Below are positions 41,136 to 52,474 of a stretch of 64,000 bases of DNA, one piece after another. Origin of the DNA: Ruditapes philippinarum. Its lineage: Eukaryota. Below the pieces are notes generated by a model that saw only the letters and a program-made list of their open reading frames with translations, was not told the origin of the DNA and made no database searches. The stretch lies in contig NW_026863189.1 of assembly GCF_026571515.1 (NCBI RefSeq), forward strand, positions 1 through 64,000, given 5' to 3'. Position numbers and translations under genes: made by a program. Each line of letters opens with the position of its first letter. The stretch's first letter is position 1.

Positions 41136-42374
41136 ATGTCTATAATTGTACATATATTTTTACTACATGGGATTTTAATCCACAGATGTGTTTGTGTTAA
41201 AAATTCTACGTCTTTAAAGGATATGAGCAATGCGGAGTTTATGGAGAAATTATTTGAAGGATACAGCGTAAATATCCCTCCAGTTTTGAATTTCGAAAGA
41301 CCAGTTTTGATAGACTTAGCTTTATACCATTTATCTATAGACAATATAGAAATGAAAAGCAAGATTATCAGTGGTCGCATTATATTTGGTTTAGAATGGA
41401 CTGATGAATATTTAAAGTGGAACTCCTCTGATTTCAAGGACATTTCAAAGCTTTCATTACAACCAAACCAAATTTGGTTACCTGATTTGTATATTGGCAA
41501 TTCAGAGGATTTGTTTACGTTTTTAAAAGCAGAGAACGTGCAAGAAGTAATTTTGACAAGCAATGGTGTAGTGGAAGCTTGGCTGTATCTACATATTGAA
41601 GTCGGAATAGATTTGGACATTTACAAATATCCCTTTGACGAACAAATATGTGAATTTGAGTTTAGTTCATGGATGCATAGTGACCGCAAAATAGACATAT
41701 CAGTTAGGCAGGGTGCTGAAGAATTAAAAGCTTCGGAATTATCCAGGCAAAGTGGGGAATGGGACATTATACAGATAGAAAGGAAAAGAACAATTAAGTC
41801 ATTTGATGAATATTTGACCAATTTTACTCTAATTCAGTATAAATTCTCATTGAAGCGCAAATGGCAATATACAATTTTGAATTTGGTAACACCCGTTGTC
41901 ATAACATCGTTACTGAATCCTTTGTCATTTTTGCTCCCTGTTGACAGTGGGGAACGAATATCACTAAGTAATACTGTATTTCTGACAATGGCTGTATTTT
42001 TCTCGATAGTGAATCATTCTCTTCCAAAGACATCTGAAGGAGTTCCAATTATTGTTGCATATATCGGTCTACAAATGCTTGGAAGTTCTCTCACTATTGT
42101 GTTTACAATTTTCAGTCTTGCCCTGTATTATAGAAACCAAAACAACCCGTCAGTATTCAAGTTCATTTGTGGAAAAATAAGAAAACACAAAAAAGAAATC
42201 AACGATGAAAATGGTTCAACTGATCCAGTTAGTGAGACGAATATTCAAAACAACGTCCAAAGGGAATCTTGGATGAAAGCTTCAAATATGTTGGACACAG
42301 CTTGTTTTTGGCTTTCACTTTCTTGGAATGTGGTACTTTTAACACTAGTTATGATGAAAGTCACTGGAGAATAA
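41136..42374 (+). CDS. Intronless nicotinic acetylcholine receptor-like pentameric ligand-gated ion channel subunit, copy A (412 aa)
   Basis: Signal-peptide-like N-terminus; WTDEYLKW, IWLPDL, YPFDEQIC, GEW motifs; M1-M2 LLPVDSGERISLSNTVFL; four TM segments with a short M3-M4 loop. Confidence 0.95.
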   Translation: MSIIVHIFLLHGILIHRCVCVKNSTSLKDMSNAEFMEKLFEGYSVNIPPVLNFERPVLIDLALYHLSIDNIEMKSKIISGRIIFGLEWTDEYLKWNSSDFKDISKLSLQPNQIWLPDLYIGNSEDLFTFLKAENVQEVILTSNGVVEAWLYLHIEVGIDLDIYKYPFDEQICEFEFSSWMHSDRKIDISVRQGAEELKASELSRQSGEWDIIQIERKRTIKSFDEYLTNFTLIQYKFSLKRKWQYTILNLVTPVVITSLLNPLSFLLPVDSGERISLSNTVFLTMAVFFSIVNHSLPKTSEGVPIIVAYIGLQMLGSSLTIVFTIFSLALYYRNQNNPSVFKFICGKIRKHKKEINDENGSTDPVSETNIQNNVQRESWMKASNMLDTACFWLSLSWNVVLLTLVMMKVTGE

Positions 42375-42659
42375 TGATGTTCGTAAATCATTTCTTTTTA
42401 AATTTCTGCAACAATTATTGTGCAATTTGAATTTGAATTATGACAAAAAACACGATGTGTTATCATTCTGAAAAAGAAAATGTCATTTGCATTGACATTA
42501 CTTTTTATGATAATTTGTCCTGATGTTGTGGCGATGTTACTACATTTAGAATAAAAATTATAAACTAAAATACATGATGTTTTTAATTCTATTCTATTTA
42601 TTTATCATAATTTATTTTATTTTATTGTATTTTATTTTTGTGTATGGGGTGGGGGTGCG

Positions 42660-42780
42660 TTGCACCAACACTGCATTATTTCAGGCACGAATTGGCACCT
42701 AAGTAAAACCATCGACGCTCCGTAGCTTCCTCACATAAACAAAATCCAAAGTTCATGTCGGGATTCGAATCCACAACGGG
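42660..42780 (-). mobile_element. Degenerate tRNA-derived SINE fragment
   Basis: gggattcgaatccac reverse B box preceded by agcttcctcacat, similar to 16770-16820. Confidence 0.5.
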
Positions 42781-44742
42781 CCAAGTTAATGTATATATAG
42801 GTTCATTTTGTACATATCGTCCATGTTTTTTTTCTTATATTACTGTACAATGCTTACATTTGGTCATACTTCTCGCAACACCAACATTCTTAACGAAATA
42901 TTAATATTGTAAGATTTCACACAAATATACTGAAACAAAAAAGAAACTTTCTCCAAGTTTGAATGTAGATATGTTAGTACAGTTTTTCAATCCTTTTGAA
43001 ACTCGATTTTTACGTTGAATAAACATATCGGGCTTTTATACGTGATTAGCTGGGCGATTTTGCAAACAAAACGAGTTTTACAAACTACTAATTGTATATA
43101 TGTGTGTGTACATCTAAGTGGTACCTTTGAACAACTGGCACATACTTTGCGAAAGTTTCTTTTTTGGTTCAGTATATATATGTAAAACTTAACTTGCATA
43201 GGAAGATCCTCCAAGTGCTTTGAAGGCAAAGAATATTGCTTTCAAAAACAATAGGGATCAACAATGGTTTGCATAAACCCTTGTCTCATGATTTTTGTCG
43301 ATCGAATATATAGTAAAGTTAAAATTCATCTGAAAAGAAAGTGCAATAAGTTCATAAATAGCAGTATGTCATTTTCTTTTAATCGACTAGTTAAGTCCAA
43401 AGAGCAAAACATATTATAGAATACGACTTTGGATATGAAAGTTCTATACAAGAGTTGACACCAGTAAAGGAAATCAGTGATAGTCCTTTTTATTATTTCA
43501 AATGAACAGAAATATTTAGTATTGTGGGACAAATGGCTTCACCTGTGATCTTCTATTTTGATCTATCCCGTGATGCTTTTAAATTTAAAATTTTATCATG
43601 ATAAATAGACAATATGAGTTGTTAGCTAATTATGTAAAAAAAAAATTTAATCATTTTTGAAACTGCGCAAAAATATACTGCTAGTATTTAGTGAGCACAA
43701 CTGATTGCTAAAGTTCGTTTCTTATCAAGCATTGGAATGAAATGACTCTACAAATATCTTTGATTAATACTGATCAATAAATATGAAATTATTACAGTAC
43801 GTCTTTGTTGCAGCTATCATACAACATTTGTTAAATGTTTTTATCTATATTATGTTAATATTGTAACATTAGCTCATTCCCAATCAGATACAATGTATAG
43901 TCGATCTCTTAACGAATGAAACTTAAAAGATGCATTGTCCTGGCTTGTTTACAATATTGATTTATAATTAGGTAAGATTTTAATTACAATATAAATAGAC
44001 ATATGTAAATACCAATACTAAAAATCATATTGAATATAGAAAATAGTGTATATCTGTTGAACAGATTATAAGAAATCATAACCTAGCGTTTTTAGAAAGA
44101 AAAAAAATATGTCTTTTTTAACTTGTAACTTAATTAACAGCGGTGTTGATATTTTAATTGTTCTATAATATACGTATCCTCGGACTGGAAAACTTTTCCC
44201 GCATTGTACTTATTTATATGTGGTATCAATTTGCATGTTTTACTGTGTATTTGTATTACTATTTGACTCATTATTAAATGTCTGCCATGAAATGACTGGA
44301 AATAAAGAATTTACTTGAACAATGGCATAAAGGAGAGTTTCATAAAACTGTTATTCTTTATTTCACTTAGCAATTTATATTCCTGTTTAACGATGTTCTT
44401 GATGTAATTAACTGTATCAATAAATTTAATCTCATTAATTTTGTTTAAGAATGATATCGAAGTAGTAAGAGTTTTAGAAAAAAAATAAAGCAGTTGTCGA
44501 ATAGTTACAATCAAAAACAAATATATGCCACGGTTTTAAGTTTTGAAATTGTCTTTTGAATAACCAGATGATAATCTGTATCATCCGTTTTAAAGTGAAT
44601 TAGTATTTGTCTATATATAATAGGTATGCTATACATTAGATAATTGCGTTTATAGTATTTAGTATCAGACATAACAGCAGACCAAGAAAAAATAATATAT
44701 GCCTGTTGATGGCAAATATGTGATACATAATCCAAACTTTCA

Positions 44743-45080
44743 TATATATATATATATATATATCAAAAACGCTATTTAAATTTGCCGTAGCTTTCGGCCT
44801 TGCGGTTTTCTTCAGCAGCATTTATTTCATATACAAATATATCAAACAAAACAATGGAAGTGACGTAACGTCAATGAACGACGCCCGCCGTGGCATTGGT
44901 TGCCGTCTGCCGCGTTATTCTTTTGTATTAACTCCATACGGTCTATAGGTTCTTAATTTATTTTTCCACAAATTTTCTATTGTTTTCGGTAGTGGTCATT
45001 ACCGTATAGCTTTTCCAGTCCCATATATATATATATATATATGGATATATTAGATAATGAATGAATGAATGAATGAATGA
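44743..45080. repeat. (TA)n tracts at ~44743-44763 and ~45023-45042 flanking a GC-richer ~260-bp segment; (GAAT)n at ~45057-45080
   Basis: Read directly from the sequence. Confidence 0.8.
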
Positions 45081-45619
45081 AGCATTTAAAACTGTATCAA
45101 AATTTTTTCTATCAATGATTTTATAAGAGTAAGCAAATGATTTTGTATTGTTTTTATCAGTATTAATTTTGAAACATTCCTGAAAAATGTATTCATCGTA
45201 GACCGATCATCCACTTGAATAATTTGCAATAATAATGATTAGCTGATAAAGTTTAAAGGAACCATAATGTCGTCTCTGGCTGTATATGATTACAACAGTA
45301 AAAAACATGTTTGTTCTACTCGATTACTCAAATGTGTTATATTAATCAATTAAACACCTAGAAATATCATTATTTTAAATCAAATGGAAGAAAAAATCTA
45401 TTTGATCTCTTTGTCTTGGCCATTAACAGAGCCCTAAAAACACGTTAAAAGCATTGTCTTATTTGTAAATATCTGTTCATGTTAAACAAATATATTTAGC
45501 CAGCATCTCATTAACATTTTCCTGTTTATTTACTTCAAATGAATCAATATCAAGTGACAATTTATAAAAATAGTTTGTATACCATTTAGCTCGCTTAGAA
45601 AAGTAGTAGAGAGAGGAGA

Positions 45620-46879
45620 ATGCTGTTTAACAAAATGGGGAGTTTGATGAAAACTCTTCAAATAATTGTACTTCAGTATTTTTTATCTTTTAAATCGGCT
45701 TCCTCAAAAAACAAAATCCGAAATGGAGAATTTCTGGAACAATTATTTGACGGATACAGCAAATATATGTTGCCTATTTTGGACATTGAAAAACCAGTTG
45801 ACGTGAATCTTTCTTTGTATTATATTTCTCTGAATGATGTAGACACAAAACAAAAGACAGTCAGTGCTACTCTTATTCTAGAGTTGCAATGGATTGATCA
45901 GTATTTGATATGGAATAATTCTGGAGAATATGATGTGCCGTCTAGAATATCCATTGATTCGAAATCTATTTGGTTACCTGATTTGTTCGTTGGAAATAAC
46001 GAAGGACTCTTAACGTTTTTAACACCAGATGATATCAAAAACGTTATACTTTTAAGGGATGGACATATTTCAGCATACCCGTATAAAACGTTTGAACTTG
46101 GTGTTGATATAAATATCTATAAATATCCATTTGATACACAAGTGATTGAACTTGAAATTATGCCTTGGAGCTACTACTCGCATGAACTAGCAATAAGGGA
46201 TATAACGGAGGTTAATGAAAGCAATGCCGTTTTTAAACAATTCAGAGGAAATGGAGAATGGGATCTTGCTACCTGGTCTCGAGAAAACTTTTATTTGTCT
46301 AATGAAATTGACAGTTATACAACAGTTTCAACAGTTATTTATAAATTTACTTTAAAGCGAAGATGGTTGTATACAATTTTAAATTTAGTAGCGCCCGTTG
46401 TAATCACATCGTTACTGAATCCTTTGTCATTTTTGCTCCCTGTTGACAGTGGAGAACGCATATCACTAAGCAATACCGTATTTCTGACACTGGCTGTGTT
46501 TTTCACAATTGTGAGCAACTCATTACCTCAAACATCTGAAGGATCACCGATATTTGTCACGTATATCGGTCTACAAATGTTCGGAAGTGTTCTGACAATT
46601 GCATTTACAATCATAAGTCTGGCATGTTATTATAGCGACAATGACCTTAGACAAAACAATGCACTACTTCGTGTCCTGTGTAGTATGTGTGGTAAAAATA
46701 AAACCGAAAAATGCGCTGATTCTAATTCTGAAAACCTGGAAGAGTATGATTCTGAGCATACACATAGTCGGGAAATAGGAAAAATCTGTTCTAAAATTAT
46801 TGATAGAGTGTGTTTTTGGATGTCTCTTCTCTGGAATCTTTGTCTTTTATCCATTACAATAATTATAGCAATGTCTTAG
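45620..46879 (+). CDS. Intronless nAChR-like pLGIC subunit, copy B (419 aa; ATG 45635 corresponds to the paralog starts)
   Basis: WIDQYLIW, IWLPDL, YPFDTQ, GNGEW and DSGERISL motifs; four TM segments; aataaa at ~46944. Confidence 0.95.
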   Translation: MLFNKMGSLMKTLQIIVLQYFLSFKSASSKNKIRNGEFLEQLFDGYSKYMLPILDIEKPVDVNLSLYYISLNDVDTKQKTVSATLILELQWIDQYLIWNNSGEYDVPSRISIDSKSIWLPDLFVGNNEGLLTFLTPDDIKNVILLRDGHISAYPYKTFELGVDINIYKYPFDTQVIELEIMPWSYYSHELAIRDITEVNESNAVFKQFRGNGEWDLATWSRENFYLSNEIDSYTTVSTVIYKFTLKRRWLYTILNLVAPVVITSLLNPLSFLLPVDSGERISLSNTVFLTLAVFFTIVSNSLPQTSEGSPIFVTYIGLQMFGSVLTIAFTIISLACYYSDNDLRQNNALLRVLCSMCGKNKTEKCADSNSENLEEYDSEHTHSREIGKICSKIIDRVCFWMSLLWNLCLLSITIIIAMS

Positions 46880-48918
46880 TTAGACTTATGTCTTCTAACT
46901 TCTTTCAATGGTAAAGCAGACTACATCTTAACGGCGTGTCATCAATAAATACAAAATCCATTTGATTATCGACCTTATGAACTACAAGCATTTGCTTTAT
47001 ACAAACTATTTTTATTTGTTTGGGTCGTCAGATCAAACAAATAATGTTAGCGAAATGTCAGACCCTGATATGCTTAATTGCAAAAATCCGCAAGTAGTCC
47101 GTCACGAATTCCTCGAAGCGGTTACTTTATAAGTACACTAACGCCGAAAAAAAATTAAGGGTAAAGATTGTCAAATGACAGGCGCATTAATTTTAAAACT
47201 TTTTCAGGAAAGAAAAAATAGTTCCCAATTGGTCGAATATTTCTAATATTGTGTAATTCTTTAACATTTCCGCAAATGACCGAAAATATATTCAAATAAT
47301 TTTGTTACGCGGATGAATATTATTTTAATCAATAAAAATTGCTCGGCTATTTCCGTAAAGCTTCGGATTATTGTGATCCCCTAAATGAACATTTATTATT
47401 TAGACTTTCTGAAAAATAAAGTAAGAATGGTGACTCTAGGACAGGGACGACTTTATGCAGTCGACGATCGATAATAATTTAATTTAATTCGAAATTAATA
47501 AGGATCACAAACACTAATGAAGAATAATTTGGTTTGCTTCAGGCTGTTTTCTTATAACTTCCCCGTGGTCCAGGGGTTACACGCCCGTTTCAGAAGCGAG
47601 AGGTCAGGGGTTTAAATCCCAGTTAATGCAACTCATGTTGTTGTTTGTTCTTTTTATTTAATTGTTTAACCAAAATAAACATTGAATTGCATATCAGTGT
47701 TGCAATTAGCCTTATAGCTAGTTTACTACAGTTTTAACACTGGAAATAGCATTGATGGCACTACACAAAAACAAATTGGTTTATAATCTTACACCATTCA
47801 CATTTCCGAAATTCTGAGACCAAAACAAATTCAACGCCTTCTGTGCTTTGATTATATTTTAGTATTGGTATTGCATTTTTTTCCATTCCTTTGTAGGTTT
47901 TATTTTTACCTAGATTAAAACATTTTTGTAACAGCCTGTTCATGTTGTATGTTTCGGAATATTTATATATTTATTGGACAAAAAGGCTAAAAAAGCTGAT
48001 TAAATGTGAAAAAAGGAAAGTACTAAGAAAAAATCTGGAAAACGGGAAAAACTTCGTGAGCAATAATACCAATAGTAAAAATGTGGAAATTGCAGACTCG
48101 GTTTGATTGAGTCTGATCCTGAGGGATAACGAAAGATGCAATATCTCTCACGTCCCCTAGCACCGGTTTCAAGCAGTGTTAAATTTTCAACACAATCAAT
48201 GAATGGATGGAAGATATTAGAGGACAACACTGAACTGATTAACGGTGCAACATTTTACACTTGCCGCACAGCACTTGATAGCTGATGCTGTGAATTAAAA
48301 CAAAAACTCAGAATGGACATAAAAATTTTAATTTTAAATTAATGCCTATTAACAAAATATCATCAAATTCATCAATCTTTTCAAAGGGCTAAATAATTAA
48401 TTGTTTAGCCTTTGTATGTCCTTGATTTCATAGTCTACGAATGCAGTAGCTTTAAAGTTATAGATCTACATTCAACGCGAAATAAAACTGTTTTAATTAA
48501 GTTATCAAAATATATCCTTGAATCTTTATCATTGACAAATACAATCATAAACTCTTAACATAATTAGTTGTTTTTTTCTTGCATAAAGTTTTTCTTTCAA
48601 ATTATTGTTTATTTATTTCAAAAAGTTGTATATAATTGGGTGTATTTGTGTGTTTTAACCTTCTACGGGACTATTTTTAATCAAATCTTTATTAACAAGA
48701 CGATGTACATATGTATAACTGTAAATAAAATTATTTTATGGTTTGTTCTGTTCTGTAATGTAAAACCATGCGTTGAGAAATAAGGAAAGCATCTGGAAAA
48801 CAATATAAAATACAACAACGTGTTATTGACTTTATAAGGGATTAACTTTATTAATAAAGACACCACACTGTTCTTTTTACATCCGCATGTGGCATTTTCT
48901 ACTCACTTTCTACAGACT
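46880..48918 (+). repeat. 3' flank of copy B, duplicated at 52475-54504 (copy C) and more divergently at 56623-57815 (copy D)
   Basis: Near-identical collinear sequence, which also explains the duplicated spurious ORFs 48000-48230/53539-53829 and 48568/54189. Confidence 0.9.
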
Positions 48919-48959
48919 AGTACTAAATTCAATACAGTGTGATTTGATGTCAATTGAAT

Positions 48960-49345
48960 ATATGCGAAAGAAGAGTAGTTTGTATTAAATGTGTCCATAA
49001 TATGCAAAGATACTGTATAGTGTTTGCACTTAATTCATCCATAATATGCGAAGAAATAAGACGTTTATGGCTTTTATCCATAATTTGCAAAGAAAAAGAA
49101 AGTTAAACTCTGAATTTATCCATATTTTGCAAAAATATTGTATAGTTTTTGCATTAACTTTATCCATAATATGCGAACAAATAATAGTTTAGCACTAAAT
49201 TCGTTATACGAAGATACTGTGAAGTTTAGTGCTAAATTTATCCATAATATGAATAAGAACAGAATAGTTTAGCGTTTAATTTATCTATAATATGCGAAGA
49301 AACATTTAAATTTTTGCGCTTATTTATCCATAATGTGGAAAAAAC
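48960..49345. repeat. Degenerate ~40-bp minisatellite (tttatccataatatgcgaagaa core); paralog at ~57860-58170
   Basis: About nine imperfect units with the recurring atccataatatg motif. Confidence 0.75.
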
Positions 49346-51223
49346 AGCTTACTTTATCCAATGATAATAGGTCAAAAGAGATAGGATAAAAGAAAACAAG
49401 CTTTACAATCGTAAACGTATAGATATGCTTTAAATGCATACCATGAAATAGCTTTAAAGGCAGTAATGAAGCGGAGGAAGTCTTGTGAGCTGCGTCAACA
49501 TAAGAAACAGCAATTTTGGAATAATTTACGTCAGAGCTTGATAAGAGATCATGTGATGTAAAACCTGAATAATGCCGGGAAATTTTTTGTAGATTATTTC
49601 GAAACTTTAACAGGATATTATTAAAGTATTCTATGTCTATGTAATTATCACAATTTATGAATTATATGTTTCATAACAAGTTTGTAATAGTTTTATTTCT
49701 AACATATGTTTGACAATTGGTATGTTTGCAAATGAAAGACAGTGACTATAGATGCATAAAATAGGGGAAAACAGAATCCCTAAAGAAATCCCAACACGTC
49801 AAAATTGAAAATGACGCAGGCTCGGTTTGATGCTGTTCAAGCCTTGCAACATTGGGAAATTGTGTTGTAAAACTCCGATTTACTGTTATCACACTGCGAT
49901 ATTCGTTTTGAGATATCCAAATCGTAATCGTATACATGTATGTTTTGGATCGAAAAATATTCGCATTGTTCAGCAACTGCAGAAATAAAGGTGATGTTTT
50001 TATTAATGTTATACTGCATCTTTTGTTTCACCCCAACAACGCTAAATCATTTTGAATGGACAATCCATATATAAATCTGGACAAAACTATTTAATTTTAA
50101 AATTTGCAGTAATTTAAAAACGGCTGATCTTGGTCTCCACTGGTTGAATGTGTAGTATCTGTTGCCAGCAAGCTTTGTAACTGTTTAAAAGATTTTTTGT
50201 TAAATCCATCTTATAACTAATTGAATCCTTAGTTTCAATTGAATAACACAAAAAATACTGATGATTTACTATTACTATTTACTATTACAAATTTCAGATT
50301 GTTCTAAAATCAATTTCCTTTTTTATCTTGTTTGTAATGAATATTATAGTTCAAAAACATATAAAAAGAAATGAATAATGAATTGAGAATTAAAATCAAA
50401 ACTTGTGATAGGTTTCTTTTAAAGCATTTTGTGATCAGCAAATGATACCAGGTGTCATTCTTCTAATTAATCGTAAATGAGTTTTTCAATAATGGTACAA
50501 CATCCAGTATTCACTGATAAGAGTAAATGAGTACGGAGAGGAAATCAGGCAAACATTATATTGTTTTAACATATAGTTTCTTGTGTTGTAATGACTCTTA
50601 GATCACTTAGAATTATATTCTTTTAATATCAAATGAAGAAATATATGAAATATCTTATAACTTGATATAAAAAAATAAAACGTTAAAAGCATTGTAAGTA
50701 TTTGTTCATATAAAACAATGAAAATGGCAAAAGAAATTAAAGTTTATTTTCAATATCTTCTAAAATCACATTACCTGAATGATATTGACTACATAAAAGT
50801 AAAGATTTAAGACGAAATACAAGGAGTCTATCATATAAAGAAAAAAAAACAGTAAAGGAAACATAATACTGTTTCTAGCTCTAGATGAATACAGTTTAAT
50901 AACTGTTTGTTGTACTCATCTGCTTAATCGTGTTATAATTATCCTCTAATCACTTAATATCGCATTTTTTTTTATCAAATGGAAGAAAAATCTATTTAAC
51001 ATTAACCCTAAAAAACATAACACGTTAAAAGCATTGTCTAATTTGTAAATATGTGTTCATGTTAAACAAATATATTTAGACACTATCTCATTTACATTTT
51101 CCTATTAATTTACTTCAAATAAAACAATATCAAGTGATACATAAATTGTAATTTATAAAAGTAGTTCGTATACCATTTAGTTCGGAAAGGAAAGCAGCAG
51201 AAAGTAAATGTTCATTAAACAAA

Positions 51224-52474
51224 ATGGGGAGTTTCATGAAAACGCTAACTATTCAAATAATTGTAATTCAGTATTTGTTATTTTCTGAGACGTTTTCTTC
51301 GAAAAACAAAATACGAAATGGAGAATTTCTGGAACAATTATTTGACGGATACAGCAAATATATGTTGCCTGTTTAAGACATTGAAAAACCAGTTGACATG
51401 AATCTATCTTGGTATCTGATTTCTCTGAATGATGTAGACACAAAACAAAAGACAGTCAGTGCTACTCTTATTCTAGAGTTGCAATGGATTGATGAGTTTT
51501 TGATATGGAATAATTCAGAGGAATATGATGTGCCGTCTAAGTTATCCATTGATTCGAAATCTATTTGGTTACCTGATTTGATAATTGGAAATGAAGAAGG
51601 ACTCTTAACGTTTTTAACACCAGATGAAATAAAAAACGTTATACTTTTGAGAAATGGACACATTTCAGCATACCCGTATAAAACGTTTGAAGTTGGTGTA
51701 GATATAGATATCTATAAATATCCATTTGATACACAAGTAATTGAACTTGGAATAATGCCTTGGACTTATTCCTCGCAGGAACTAGTAATAAGTGATATAA
51801 CGGAGGTTGATAAAAGCAATGCCGTTTTTAAACATTTCAGAGGAAATGGAGAATGGAACCTTGCTATTTGGTCTCGGAAAAACTATATCATGTCTTATGA
51901 AAACAACAGTTATTCAAAATATTCAGCAGTTAATTATAAATTTACTATAAAGCGAAGATGGTTGTATACAATTTTAAATTTAGTAGCGCCCGTTGTAATC
52001 ACATCATTACTGAATCCTTTGTCATTTTTGCTCCCGGTTGACAGTGGAGAACGTATATCACTAAGCAATACCGTATTTTTGACACTGGCTGTGTTTTTCA
52101 CAATTGTGAGCCACTCATTACCTCAAACATCAGAAGGAGCACCGATATTTGTCACGTATATCGGTTTACAAATGTTCGGAAGTGTTCTGACAATTGTATT
52201 TACAATCATAAGTCTGGCATGTTATTATAGTGACAAAGACCTTAGACAAAACAATGCACTACTTCGTGTCCTGTGTAATATGTGTGGTAAAACTAAAACC
52301 GAAAAATGCGCTGATTCTAATCCTGAAAACCTGGAAGAGTATGATTCTGAGCATACACATAGTCGGGAAATAGGAAAAATCTGTTCTAAAATTATTGATA
52401 GAGTGTGTTTTTGGATGTCTCTTCTCTGGAATCTTTGTCTTTTATCCATTACAATAATTATAGCAATGTCTTAG
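51224..52474 (+). pseudogene. nAChR-like pLGIC subunit, copy C, premature stop at codon 51
   Basis: ATG 51224 aligns with the copy D start. cct gtt TAA gac (51374-51376) stands where D has cct gtt TTA gac; the rest of the frame is open to 52474. Confidence 0.85.

Noticed and set aside
48960-49345. Regularly spaced atccataatatg motif resembling a CRISPR array
   Set aside because: Units are degenerate along their whole length, with related rather than unique spacers; animal genomic context and no cas genes. It is a minisatellite.
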